From assembly GCA_000504625.1 (NCBI GenBank), contig AZHR01000004.1, positions 15,863 through 79,862 of the forward strand: a stretch of DNA of 64,000 nt, given 5' to 3'. Positions within the stretch are counted from its first letter, which is position 1; each line of letters starts with the position of its first letter. The stretch comes from an alpha proteobacterium SCGC AAA240-E13 (lineage in GTDB: Bacteria > Pseudomonadota > Alphaproteobacteria > Pelagibacterales > Pelagibacteraceae). The translations under genes were made by a program, and so were the position numbers. The notes under the pieces were generated by a model. That model was not told the DNA's origin, made no database searches, and saw only the letters and a list, made by a program, of their open reading frames with translations. Positions 20,661 through 30,257 of this stretch are shown here, piece after piece.

Positions 20661-21668
20661 ATGGCTATAAAAATTGGTATAAATGGATTTGGTAGAATTG
20701 GAAGAATGGCCTTAAGATCTATTATAGAACAGGATAGAAAAGATATAGAAGTAGTTCACATAAACAATAAGAGCAGTACTGAAATAAGTAGCTTCTTGCT
20801 AGCTAATGATACTGTGCACGGAAAGTTAAAGTTAAAAAAAGAAATTAGTTACACCCCGTACACAATTCATTTTAATAGAAAAGTAATACAAATGACACAT
20901 GAAACTGAAATCTCAAAAATAGACTGGCAGGAATATGATGTGGATGTTGTTTTAGAATGCACAGGTAAGTTCAATACAATAGAAAAATCATCAGAGCATA
21001 TCAACAGTGGTGCAAGCAAAGTTATAGTTTCAGCTCCTTGCAAAGGTGCAAAAAATATTGTTTTTGGAGTGAATGAAAAAGATTTAAAATCCAAAGATAA
21101 TGTAATTTCTGCAGCATCTTGTACTACAAACTGTCTCGCTCCAGTAGCATATGTGTTGAATGAGGAGTTTGGAATTGAAAGAGGTTTCATGACAACAATA
21201 CATTCTTACACAACTGATCAAAGACTATTGGACAATTCGCACAAAGATTTAAGAAGAGCAAGAAGTGCACCCAATTCAATGATACCAACAACAACAGGTG
21301 CTACAAAATCCCTTGGTAATATTATACCCAGTCTAAAAGGTAAAATTGAAGGCATTTCAATCAGAGTACCAACTCCGAACGTATCATTGATAGAATTTGT
21401 ATTTTCTTCACCAAAAAATTTAAGTACTGAAAAAATAAATAATTCATTTAAAAAAGCTTCAAAATTTAAATTAAAAAATATTTTAGATATAAGTAATGAA
21501 CCTCTCGTTTCTTCCGATTTCAATCACAACTCACATTCTGCAATAGTAGATATTGCGTTAACAAAGGTGATAGAAAACAAAATGGCAAAGGTTTCTGCCT
21601 GGTACGATAATGAATGGGGCTTTGCATCTAGAATATGTGATTTGGCGAGTTATTTCGGCAAAATTTAA
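20661..21668 (+). CDS. gap: glyceraldehyde-3-phosphate dehydrogenase
   Basis: Motifs NGFGRIGR, active-site SCTTNCLAP, and WYDNEWG. Confidence 0.95.
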   Translation: MAIKIGINGFGRIGRMALRSIIEQDRKDIEVVHINNKSSTEISSFLLANDTVHGKLKLKKEISYTPYTIHFNRKVIQMTHETEISKIDWQEYDVDVVLECTGKFNTIEKSSEHINSGASKVIVSAPCKGAKNIVFGVNEKDLKSKDNVISAASCTTNCLAPVAYVLNEEFGIERGFMTTIHSYTTDQRLLDNSHKDLRRARSAPNSMIPTTTGATKSLGNIIPSLKGKIEGISIRVPTPNVSLIEFVFSSPKNLSTEKINNSFKKASKFKLKNILDISNEPLVSSDFNHNSHSAIVDIALTKVIENKMAKVSAWYDNEWGFASRICDLASYFGKI

Positions 21669-21674
21669 TGCAAA

Positions 21675-22868
21675 ATGGTTAAAATAAATAAATTAGATGA
21701 CATTCAAAATATAGAAGGAAAGAGGGTTTTATTAAGAGTTGACTTCAATGTTCCAATAAATGATGGATCTATCACAGAAACCTCACGAATAGAAAAAGTT
21801 CTACCGACAATAAAATTTCTAATAAGTAAGAAAGCAAAAATAATAATTATTTCTCATCTAGGAAGACCTGGGGGAAAGATTGTTCCTGAATTAACTTTAA
21901 AACCAATTGCAAAAAAATTATCAAATTATCTAAATCAAAATGTGCTTTTTTTAAATGAAAGTATTGGTCATAAAGTAATTGAAAATTCAAAAAAGATTCT
22001 TAATGGGGAAATCTTGCTCTTAGAAAACATACGATTCAACAAAGAAGAAGAATTAAATTCAGTATCTTTTGCTAAAAAACTTTCTTCAATTGGTGATATA
22101 TATATAAATGAGGCTTTTTCATGTTCTCATAGAGCTCACACTTCTGTTTGCGAAATAACACAACACATTAATTCTTTTGCGGGCAAACAATTATTACAAG
22201 AAGTAAATATTTTAAAAATATTAACAGACGATGCAAAAAAACCCGTTGCTTGTATAATAGGTGGTTCAAAAATTTCTACTAAAACAGGTGTTTTAATTAA
22301 TCTAGTAAAAAAAATGCAAAGTATAGCCATTGTTGGTGCAATGGCAAACACATTTATAAAACATAAAGGTTACAACATTGGAAAATCATTATTTGAAAAA
22401 AATCAAGAAAACTTTATAGAAAAAATAATTATAGAATCCAAAAAAAATAACTGCAATCTTTTATTGCCCGAAGATGTAATTGTATCAAAGAATCACAATT
22501 CAAAAGGTAGTTTGAAAAATTTAGATGAAATTGATAATGATGATATAATTTTGGACACTGGTGAGAAAACCATTAAAAAGATTTTTGAAATAATAGATTT
22601 ATCAAAAACAGTTTTATGGAATGGACCAGCTGGATATTTTGAAATTAACGAGTTTTCTTTTGGAAGTAAAAAAATTGCAAATAAAATATCTGAAAATACT
22701 AAATCTAAATCGCTTATTTCTATTATCGGTGGCGGTGATACTGTAGCCGCAATAAATAAATTTGGATGTTCGGATAGATTTACTTATACATCAACTGCGG
22801 GTGGAGCTTTTTTAGAACTTCTTGAAGGAAAAGATTTACCTGGTATAAAAGCTTTAGAAGTTAGTTAA
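21675..22868 (+). CDS. pgk: phosphoglycerate kinase
   Basis: Motifs RVDFNVP, SHLGRPGG and GGGDT. Confidence 0.95.
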   Translation: MVKINKLDDIQNIEGKRVLLRVDFNVPINDGSITETSRIEKVLPTIKFLISKKAKIIIISHLGRPGGKIVPELTLKPIAKKLSNYLNQNVLFLNESIGHKVIENSKKILNGEILLLENIRFNKEEELNSVSFAKKLSSIGDIYINEAFSCSHRAHTSVCEITQHINSFAGKQLLQEVNILKILTDDAKKPVACIIGGSKISTKTGVLINLVKKMQSIAIVGAMANTFIKHKGYNIGKSLFEKNQENFIEKIIIESKKNNCNLLLPEDVIVSKNHNSKGSLKNLDEIDNDDIILDTGEKTIKKIFEIIDLSKTVLWNGPAGYFEINEFSFGSKKIANKISENTKSKSLISIIGGGDTVAAINKFGCSDRFTYTSTAGGAFLELLEGKDLPGIKALEVS

Positions 22869-22872
22869 AATA

Positions 22873-23895
22873 TTGATGAGTGAAGTCGAAAAAATTGCAA
22901 AGCAAATCTTAGTCAAAGGCAAAGGTATACTCGCTGCTGATGAAAGCACTGGAACTATGACTAAAAGATTGTCCAGTGTAAATGTTGAATCTACAGCCGA
23001 AAATAGACTTAAATTTAGAGAAACATTGTTTTCTTCAGAAGGTATGAAAAATTATATTGGGGGAGTAATTCTTTATGACGAAACAATAAAACAAAAAACC
23101 TTTTCTGGAAAAACTATTCCTGAATTAATTGAAAATTCTGGAGCCGTACCAGGAATTAAAGTTGATACTGGTGCAAAAACATTAGCTGGCTCTCCAGAAG
23201 AAAAAATTACTGAAGGACTAGATGGATTAAGAGAAAGATTAGCAGAATACTATAAATTAGGAGCAAGATTCACAAAATGGAGAGCGGTGTACAATATTTC
23301 TGATAAATTCCCTTCCGAATTATCCATTAAATCCAATGCACACTCACTTGCAAGGTATGCTGCGCTAGCACAAGAGGCAAAAATGGTTCCTATAATAGAG
23401 CCAGAAGTTTTGATGGACGGCAATCATGATATTATCAAATGTTATAAAGTAACTTCTAAAATCTTACAAGAGTGCTATGAAGAATTGTTTTTTCATAATA
23501 TTAATCTTAAAGGAACTATACTAAAACCAAATATGATTTTACCTGGATCTAATTCTGTAAAGAAAAATAGTTCAATCGAAATTGCAGAATATACTTTAAA
23601 ATGTTTGAAGAAAAATGTACCTAGTGAAGTTCCTGGAATAGCCTTTTTATCGGGAGGACAATCCGAAGTTGAAGCTACTCGAAATTTAAATGAAATAAAC
23701 AAAATTAATGACACAAATTTTTTGATGTCTTTTTCCTATGGAAGAGCTTTACAACAAAGTGCATTAAAAAATTGGGCAAAAAATATTAAAGATACTAAAA
23801 ATACACAAAAAATCTTTAATCACAGATCTAAAATGAATGGTCTCTCAAGTACGGCTCAATGGAATATCAATCTTGAAAATCAGGTATTGGCTTAG
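22873..23895 (+). CDS. fba: fructose-bisphosphate aldolase, class I
   Basis: The motif GILAADESTGTMTKRL and the class I aldolase length. The track start is TTG; the ATG at 22876 is the more likely start. Confidence 0.9.
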   Translation: MMSEVEKIAKQILVKGKGILAADESTGTMTKRLSSVNVESTAENRLKFRETLFSSEGMKNYIGGVILYDETIKQKTFSGKTIPELIENSGAVPGIKVDTGAKTLAGSPEEKITEGLDGLRERLAEYYKLGARFTKWRAVYNISDKFPSELSIKSNAHSLARYAALAQEAKMVPIIEPEVLMDGNHDIIKCYKVTSKILQECYEELFFHNINLKGTILKPNMILPGSNSVKKNSSIEIAEYTLKCLKKNVPSEVPGIAFLSGGQSEVEATRNLNEINKINDTNFLMSFSYGRALQQSALKNWAKNIKDTKNTQKIFNHRSKMNGLSSTAQWNINLENQVLA

Positions 23896-23901
23896 TTAAA
23901 A

Positions 23902-24510
23902 TTGAAAAAATTTGTCTATTTAATATCACCTACAAAAATAAAGGGGAATAAATTTTACAAAGAACTTCGTCTGATATTTAAAACTAATAAAGTTAAGTTT
24001 TTTCAATTAAGACTTAAAAAAATAACTACCAATAATCTTATAAGAATAGCTAAAAAAATAAAAAAAATAGCTCAAAAAAATAACGTTAAATTTTTAATTA
24101 ATGATAGACCTTTAATTGCAAAAAAAGTTGATGCAGATGGTTGCCATATAGGTCAAAAAGATATGAATTACAAAAAAAGCAGAAAAATTTTAGGAAAAAA
24201 TAAAATTATTGGAGTTACGTGTCATAATTCTAAAAAATTAGCTTTAAAGGCAAAAAAAGATTGTGCTAATTACATAGCCATTGGATCTTTTTTTGAATCT
24301 TCAACAAAAAAATCCCCTTTTAGAGCCAACTTAGCAATATTGCGTTGGGTCAAAAAAAAAATTAATATGCCCGTCGTTGCAATTGGTGGAATTGATAGTT
24401 ACAACTACAAAAAAATATTATCAAACGGAGCAGATTTTATAGCTTGTTCAAACTATGTTTGGAATAATAAAAAATTAGATCCTGTTTTAGCGATAAAGAA
24501 ATTTAAATAA
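23902..24510 (+). CDS. thiE: thiamine-phosphate synthase
   Basis: TMP-TENI pattern: FFQLRLKK, LINDR, DGCHIGQKD, VVAIGGI. TTG start. Confidence 0.8.
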   Translation: MKKFVYLISPTKIKGNKFYKELRLIFKTNKVKFFQLRLKKITTNNLIRIAKKIKKIAQKNNVKFLINDRPLIAKKVDADGCHIGQKDMNYKKSRKILGKNKIIGVTCHNSKKLALKAKKDCANYIAIGSFFESSTKKSPFRANLAILRWVKKKINMPVVAIGGIDSYNYKKILSNGADFIACSNYVWNNKKLDPVLAIKKFK

Positions 24511-24513
24511 AAA

Positions 24514-25077
24514 ATGAAAATATTAGGAAATGAAATGAAACCTGGAATGATAATAAATCATGACAACGACTTATGGGAAGTTATAAAAGCTCAACATGTC
24601 AAACCTGGCAAGGGTGGTGCTTTCAATCAAGTAGAATTAAAAAGTATAAACAAAGATACCAAGCGCAATGAAAGATTCAGATCTAGCGATAGTGTAGAAA
24701 GAGTTACCTTGGAAGAAAAAAAATATAATTTTCTTTTTGAAGACGATAACAATTGTCATTTTATAGATCAGACAACTTTTGAACAAATAGCGGTTAATAA
24801 AAAAAAAATTGGAGAAAAAGCCAAACTCCTAAAGGAAAACTTAGAAGTAACAATTAATTTTTTTGAAGACGATCCTCTATCTGTTGAATTACCTATTTCA
24901 ATAGAATGCAAAGTCATTAATACTGATGTAGCCTTAAAAGGGCAGACTGTTTCTTCGTCTTACAAACCAGCAATAATAGATAATAATCTTAAAATTCTAG
25001 TACCCCCTTTTATAAAAAACGGTGACGAGATTATAGTTGATAGTAGAAGCTTAGAATACATTAAAAAAATAAAGTAA
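24514..25077 (+). CDS. efp: elongation factor P
   Basis: KPGKGGAF loop and three-domain length of 187 aa. Confidence 0.93.
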   Translation: MKILGNEMKPGMIINHDNDLWEVIKAQHVKPGKGGAFNQVELKSINKDTKRNERFRSSDSVERVTLEEKKYNFLFEDDNNCHFIDQTTFEQIAVNKKKIGEKAKLLKENLEVTINFFEDDPLSVELPISIECKVINTDVALKGQTVSSSYKPAIIDNNLKILVPPFIKNGDEIIVDSRSLEYIKKIK

Positions 25078-25868
25078 TGAAAACAATTTCTGCAAATATG
25101 AATGTAATAATAATGGCTTGTGAAAAAGCTTCAAAAACATTAATCAGAGATTTTGGGGAAATTGAAAAATTACAGGTTTCGGTTAAAGGGCCTTCGGATT
25201 TTGTATCCAGTGCTGACAAAAAAGTTGAAAAAACTTTGATCAGTGAATTAAAAAAATCCAGACCAAATTATTCTTTTCTCAGTGAAGAAATAGGAGAAAT
25301 TAAAACTGAAAATTCTGAATACAGATGGATAATAGATCCTATTGATGGAACATTAAATTTTTTACATGGTATTCCACATTTTGCTATATCGGTAGCTTTA
25401 GAAAAAAAAAATGAAATAATATGTGGTGTAATTTACGATCCCATAAAAAATGAAATGTTTCTAGCAGAAAAAGAAAAGGGAGCTTATGTAAACAATCAAA
25501 GAATAAGAGTATCTAGCAGAAAAAAATTAAATGACTGCATGATATTCACGGGAGGACCTACTTTTAAATCTAATGAAAGAGAATTAAGTTTGGATGAATA
25601 TAAAAAAATTTCAAAATTTTTATCTTCACCCTTAAGAAAAATGGGAAGTGCATCACTTGATATTGCTTACGTAGCCGCCGGAAGAGCTGATGGATTTTTT
25701 CAAAGAAATTTAAATTACTGGGATATTGCTGCTGGAATTATAATTGTAAAAGAAGCTGGGGGCTCCATAAGTGATTACTCTGGAAATTCAGACTACATAA
25801 ATAAAAAAAATGTCCTAGTCACAAATTCCTTTATAAATAAGGATTTAGTTAATTTAATTAACAGTTAA
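25077..25868 (+). CDS. suhB: inositol monophosphatase family protein
   Basis: IMPase motifs WIIDPIDGT and WDIAAG. Confidence 0.85.
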   Translation: MKTISANMNVIIMACEKASKTLIRDFGEIEKLQVSVKGPSDFVSSADKKVEKTLISELKKSRPNYSFLSEEIGEIKTENSEYRWIIDPIDGTLNFLHGIPHFAISVALEKKNEIICGVIYDPIKNEMFLAEKEKGAYVNNQRIRVSSRKKLNDCMIFTGGPTFKSNERELSLDEYKKISKFLSSPLRKMGSASLDIAYVAAGRADGFFQRNLNYWDIAAGIIIVKEAGGSISDYSGNSDYINKKNVLVTNSFINKDLVNLINS

Positions 25869-25923
25869 AACAGTAAGTTTTAATTGTTTATTCAAATCTT
25901 TTGTTATAAAAACTCATAAAATT

Positions 25924-26151
25924 ATGAAAAAAAAAATACATCCTAATTATCACAAGATTAAAGTTGAAATGACTGACGGAACTCAGTTTGAAACTAGATC
26001 AACCTGGGGTAAAGAAGGAGATATACTTAAATTAGATATAGACCCTAAATCTCATTATGCGTGGATTGGTGGAAAACAAAAAATTCTTGATAAAGGTAGA
26101 GTAAGTAAATTTAACAAAAAGTTTCAAAACTTTAAATCATTTTTCAAATGA
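25924..26151 (+). CDS. rpmE: 50S ribosomal protein L31
   Basis: N-terminal KKIHPNYH and a length of 75 aa. There is no CxxC pair. Confidence 0.85.
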   Translation: MKKKIHPNYHKIKVEMTDGTQFETRSTWGKEGDILKLDIDPKSHYAWIGGKQKILDKGRVSKFNKKFQNFKSFFK

Positions 26152-26711
26152 AAAACATTCCATTAATGCCAAAAGCTACAGCTGTATGGTTGGTTGAAAA
26201 TACGTCGTTATCATTTAAGCAAATTGCAAGTTTTTGCAATCTGCATGAAGTAGAAGTTCAAGGCATTGCTGATGGTGAAGTAGCCAAGGGAATTAAAGCT
26301 TATAATCCTATTATAACTAATCAACTCACTAGAGAAGAAATTGAACTTTCGTCTAAAGATGTCAATAGACCATTGCAACTACTTAGAAAAGAAATAGATA
26401 TATCACAAAAAGAGAGAAAAAAACCTAAATATACACCTCTTTCAAAAAGACAGGATAGACCTGATGCAATTCTATGGCTAATTAAAAACCATCCAGAATT
26501 ATTAGATACACAAATTGCTAAATTAATTGGAACTACAAAAAATACGGTTATGTCAATAAAAAAAAGAACTTATTGGAATTTTAATAATTTATCTTTAAAG
26601 GATCCAATCGCGATAAATCTTTGTTCACAACTAGACTTGGAAAAAGCGTTAGCGAGAGCAGAAAAAAGAATCAAAAAGGAAGAAAAAAAAATTGAAAAAG
26701 AAGAAGTATAG
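26148..26711 (+). CDS. DUF1013 family protein (alphaproteobacterial putative regulator)
   Basis: [40 protein letters not shown] matches my memory of the DUF1013 N-terminus. Its start overlaps the rpmE stop (ATGA). Confidence 0.7.
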   Translation: MKNIPLMPKATAVWLVENTSLSFKQIASFCNLHEVEVQGIADGEVAKGIKAYNPIITNQLTREEIELSSKDVNRPLQLLRKEIDISQKERKKPKYTPLSKRQDRPDAILWLIKNHPELLDTQIAKLIGTTKNTVMSIKKRTYWNFNNLSLKDPIAINLCSQLDLEKALARAEKRIKKEEKKIEKEEV

Positions 26712-27180
26712 TTTAATAGCAATCATAATGGGTAGCAAGTCTGATTGGAATACCATGAAATTTTGCAGTGACACACTCGAAAAATTTAATATCAAACATG
26801 ATGTAAGAATTATATCTGCTCATAGAACGCCTAAAAGATTACACGATTATCTTAAGATTGCTGAAAAAAAAGGTATAGAGATAATTATAGCTGGTGCTGG
26901 CGGAGCCGCACATTTGGCTGGCGTTTCTGCTTCAATAACTACATTGCCAGTATTGGGTGTGCCAATTGAAAGCAAACTTAAAGGACTTGATAGTTTGCTA
27001 TCAACCGTACAAATGCCAAGCGGTATACCTGTTGGAACTTTTGCAATTGGCAAAGCGGGATCAATAAATGCTGCATTATTCGCAATATCAATTTTATCAA
27101 CAAGATACTCGAATATCTTAAAAAAATTGATCGCTTTTAGAAATAATTTTGAAAGGAAAATTCCAAAAAAACCTTTTTAA
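26692..27180 (+). CDS. purE: N5-carboxyaminoimidazole ribonucleotide mutase
   Basis: Motifs MGSKSDW and AGGAAHLAGV. Confidence 0.9.
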   Translation: MKKKKYSLIAIIMGSKSDWNTMKFCSDTLEKFNIKHDVRIISAHRTPKRLHDYLKIAEKKGIEIIIAGAGGAAHLAGVSASITTLPVLGVPIESKLKGLDSLLSTVQMPSGIPVGTFAIGKAGSINAALFAISILSTRYSNILKKLIAFRNNFERKIPKKPF

Positions 27181-27226
27181 TTTTTATGTAGAAAAAAAAA
27201 ATAAAAAATGCTAGTTAAATCAACTT

Positions 27227-27433
27227 TTGGAGGTAGTTATTAAAATAGAAGTCAAAGATAATAATGTCGAGCAAGCACTAAGAATTTTGAAAAAAAAACT
27301 TCAAAGGGATGGATTTTTCAAAATTGTAAAGTTGAAGAATACCTACGAAAAACCTTCTGAAAAAAAAAAAAGAATTAAGCAAGAAAATATTAAAAGAGCG
27401 AAAAAAATCCAGAAAATGAGGAATAGAATTTAA
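27227..27433 (+). CDS. rpsU: 30S ribosomal protein S21 (start codon uncertain: TTG 27227 or ATT 27239)
   Basis: VKDNNVEQALRILKKKLQRDGFF matches S21. GGAGG at 27229-27233 lies inside the TTG-started ORF. Confidence 0.85.
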   Translation: MEVVIKIEVKDNNVEQALRILKKKLQRDGFFKIVKLKNTYEKPSEKKKRIKQENIKRAKKIQKMRNRI

Positions 27434-27439
27434 TTTTAT

Positions 27440-27516
<77 letters not shown>

Positions 27517-27669
27517 ATCACTGAGCCAATAATTTAACATTAACAAATTTTCATAACCTTCTTTTTTACGGAAAATTATTATAATTTTTTCATTTATCCC
27601 GCCTCTAGTTTCGGGTGCCTTATTTATTTATAAAATTTTTTAGAGTTAAATATTTTTTCTATAAAATTC

Positions 27670-28721
27670 TTAAAAGCAGCCTAAAGAGTTAATATTAATT
27701 TCTTTTTTTATAGCCAAAATAAATATGTCTGAAAAATTTCTATCGTATAAAACGCTTGCTGTTAAATCCTTTTCAATTTTAAGATATTCTAATTTACTTG
27801 TATTATTTAGATATGATTGCTGTGTTGTCCAGTCGACTGAGATTAGGTTGCGATAACCATCTGAATGCGGAGATATCATATAGCAATTAAAATCAAGATC
27901 TATTAACTCTTTTATGATATCTGCTTTTGTAAATCCTGGTGAATATTTTTCTAGTTCTTTTGAAGTATGAAGTTCCATTAGTAAATAATTTACATTTTTC
28001 TTTAGCAAATTTTTGCTACCAGATAATATCTTGCCCTCCGCACCATGAACATCTATTTTTAAAATATTTGGAATAATTTTTTTTTTTTCAAAAACATCAT
28101 CCATTGTAGTTGTTAATTTCTTTTTACCAAATTTTAAAATTTTTTTTAAATAATCACTATCTATTAGTTTTTTTTTTGCAATTCCTCAGGATTCATAACA
28201 GTTACATCATAAACGAATAATTCTTCTTTTTTGTCTGATAAAAGACAATTTAATACTTCAATATTTGAAATTTTACTTAAAGAGGCTGATTTTTTAAGAT
28301 CTTCACAAAACTTATCATTACTTTCTAGAGCATAAACGGGAAGATCATAATTTAAAAATTTTGAAACATAGCAAGCATAGTGACCTACAAAAGCACCTAC
28401 ATCAGCAAAAACAGGTATTTTTTCATTTTTTAAAATGCTGTTTAAACAAACTGTTATAGAAAGTTCATAAGTGCGCTTACCATCTAACAATTGTGTATAA
28501 GTGTAATGAGCTTGGGTATTATTTTTTCGTACATAAATCTTGAAATTTATATTTTGGATTTGTTGATCAACAATAATAGTATGTCCCAATGATATTTTTT
28601 TTGTGTATAAGATGAATTTTTCTAAAATGAAAATTATATTTTTATAAAATTTCTGCGGGATAGACTTTAATATTACGAAGTACGAATAATAAATGATTTT
28701 TCCTAATAAAGATTTCAACAT
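27670..28721 (-). pseudogene. FkbM family SAM-dependent methyltransferase, split by a frameshift in an A10 tract
   Basis: The 185-aa ORF carries the SAM-binding half (FADVGAFVGHYA). The 144-aa ORF carries the C-terminal half (ILKIDVHGAEGKIL). The frame of the downstream ORF is open back to the homopolymer at 28168-28177. Confidence 0.65.
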
Positions 28722-28765
28722 TAAATATATTTAATAATTTACAGTTCAAAGTCTATCAGCTTAAT

Positions 28766-28900
28766 TTATTTAATTGCTAGAAAAATTTCAAAACAAATTA
28801 ATTTTTTTATTGATGAAATATCTGAAAAACCAGTTCTTTTAAGCATTTCGTTATTGCCTTTGGTGAAAATGGATCTAACACGCCCTTTTAGTTTTTGCAT
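28766..28900 (-). CDS. small ORF, 44 aa, hypothetical
   Basis: Own translation: MQKLKGRVRSIFTKGNNEMLKRTGFSDISSIKKLICFEIFLAIK. Its ATG overlaps the TAA of the preceding small ORF (TAATG). No homology was recognised. Confidence 0.2.
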   Translation of the reverse strand: MQKLKGRVRSIFTKGNNEMLKRTGFSDISSIKKLICFEIFLAIK

Positions 28901-29073
28901 TATTTAAACTTATCTACACAGATTTGTTTGGCTTCTTCTAAATTAGAAGTTTGTGTTTGAGCTAAAATACATGCACCAATAACTTTTTTTAAGTTATGGT
29001 CGCTATATATAGTTCGAGCTAAAAAAAGAATTATTATTACAACTATTAATGAAATAACTGTCCTACTTTTCAT
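28900..29073 (-). CDS. small membrane-anchored ORF, 57 aa, hypothetical
   Basis: Own translation: MKSRTVISLIVVIIILFLARTIYSDHNLKKVIGACILAQTQTSNLEEAKQICVDKFK. It has an N-terminal TM/signal segment and two Cys. Its start overlaps the preceding mini-ORF. Confidence 0.3.
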   Translation of the reverse strand: MKSRTVISLIVVIIILFLARTIYSDHNLKKVIGACILAQTQTSNLEEAKQICVDKFK

Positions 29074-29158
29074 TTTGTCCTTCTGTTAAAGAATCAACAG
29101 AAATTGCTGTATTACACGCCAATAAACCCATAACCAAAATCCCTAGAAACTTTTTCAT
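29063..29158 (-). CDS. mini lipoprotein-like ORF, 31 aa, hypothetical
   Basis: Own translation: MKKFLGILVMGLLACNTAISVDSLTEGQNEK, with a lipobox-like LLAC. Its ATG overlaps the msrA stop (TAATG). Confidence 0.3.
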   Translation of the reverse strand: MKKFLGILVMGLLACNTAISVDSLTEGQNEK

Positions 29159-29742
29159 TATTGCCATATTCTTTTTAATTGTTCTTCTCTACCACAGGCT
29201 TTTTTGTACATTAAATAATTAATAAAACTTTCCTGATAATAGTCTTGGTGATAGTTCTCTGCTGAATAAAACTTTTCAAATTTTCTTACAAATGTCACGA
29301 CTTTCTTTCCATTAAATTTTTTTTCAATCTTCTTGATGGATTTTTCTGTTAACTGTTTCTGCAAATTATTTTGATAAAATACAACTGTTCTATAACTAAG
29401 TCCTTTATCGCAGAATTGACCCGCGGCGTCAAAAGGATCTATGTTCGTCCAATATAAATCTAGTAACCGTTCAAAACTAATCTTGCTTTGGTCGTAGATA
29501 ATTTTCACTGTTTCAAAATGGCCAGTATTTTTATAAGTAACTTCTTTATAGGTCGGATTAACTAGATGCCCCCCCGAATAGCCCGAAATAACTTCTTGTA
29601 CACCAATTGCCTTCTCAAAAGATTCCTCCATACACCAAAAACACCCTCCGGCAAAATATGCATGTCTTATATTTTCAGCATTAACAAAATTAATATTGAA
29701 AAAAAATAAAACTAAAAACACGTATAGAGATAGTTTATTCAT
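29158..29742 (-). CDS. msrA: peptide-methionine (S)-S-oxide reductase MsrA with an N-terminal signal peptide
   Basis: Catalytic motif GGCFWCME preceded by MNKLSLYVFLVLFFFNINFVNA. Confidence 0.9.
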   Translation of the reverse strand: MNKLSLYVFLVLFFFNINFVNAENIRHAYFAGGCFWCMEESFEKAIGVQEVISGYSGGHLVNPTYKEVTYKNTGHFETVKIIYDQSKISFERLLDLYWTNIDPFDAAGQFCDKGLSYRTVVFYQNNLQKQLTEKSIKKIEKKFNGKKVVTFVRKFEKFYSAENYHQDYYQESFINYLMYKKACGREEQLKRIWQ

Positions 29743-30108
29743 CTAAAACTTTTTTTTAAGTTTAATAATTATAAATCCATAAATAATCATATTTATAACT
29801 ATAAGACCTATTCCTAGGTATATCTGTAGATCTTTACTCATGTTTGTTGGATAAACAATGGACACTAAGTAATTGTGAATAAAACCTTCAGAATATGTTG
29901 TCAAGTTAGCTTTATGTAAAAACCAATTTTCAAGATAAGTCAGAGGACATATAGAATGAGTTAATTCAACATAAGATCCCAAAATAAAAGATGGAATATG
30001 TATAAAAACTATTTTTGTTGTAACAAAAAACAATAACGCGCCAAATATAACAAAGAGAATAAAAGCAAAATGAACAATTAATGTTAAATTTGCAGCTATT
30101 TCATACAT
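29743..30108 (-). CDS. DUF2784 family membrane protein
   Basis: Four TM segments with an HSICPLTYLENW motif, the CPLT..E signature as I recall it for DUF2784. Confidence 0.65.
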   Translation of the reverse strand: MYEIAANLTLIVHFAFILFVIFGALLFFVTTKIVFIHIPSFILGSYVELTHSICPLTYLENWFLHKANLTTYSEGFIHNYLVSIVYPTNMSKDLQIYLGIGLIVINMIIYGFIIIKLKKKF

Positions 30109-30257
30109 TTATTTTTGACTTTTCTTGGTTATTAAAAAAATAACTATAATCAAAAGTATTGATATTCATAGCAACACCCTCCTCCATTCAAGGTTGCCAT
30201 CAAAAGTCATTATTTTATTTAGTTCGTTTAAATATTCTGGCATAAAACAATCTTTAT

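Noticed and set aside
4092-24510. The presence of thiD and thiE as evidence for the known SAR11 HMP-auxotrophy pathway layout.
   Set aside because: The genes are ordinary. Whether thiC is absent cannot be judged from this window, so this is not a finding in itself.
2128-26000. Antisense or alternative-frame ORFs from the track inside core genes: 2128-2418, 5027-5368, 5618-5866, 6839-7036, 8385-8846, 20043-20258, 20867-21190, 21218-21523, 22136-22351, 23493-23714 (and 26847-27053 just beyond).
   Set aside because: Each lies entirely within, and opposite to, a strongly supported housekeeping gene (rpoH, glmM, folP, ftsH, tkt, gap, pgk, fba, purE). Their translations are low-complexity with no motifs, as expected for shadow ORFs.
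27585-27620. Short hairpin CCCG-N10-CGGG downstream of the FkbM gene and the tRNA, considered as a terminator.
   Set aside because: It has only a 4-bp stem with a 10-nt loop and no convincing U-tract on either strand.
30109-30257. Purine-rich GGAGGAGGG tract with two mini-ORFs (25 aa and 22 aa) upstream of the DUF2784 gene. This could be a leader peptide or a riboswitch.
   Set aside because: Only a weak 5-bp hairpin (GCAAC/GUUGC) is present, and I see no resemblance to any riboswitch consensus I know. The mini-ORFs have no distinguishing features. It cannot be supported without comparative data.
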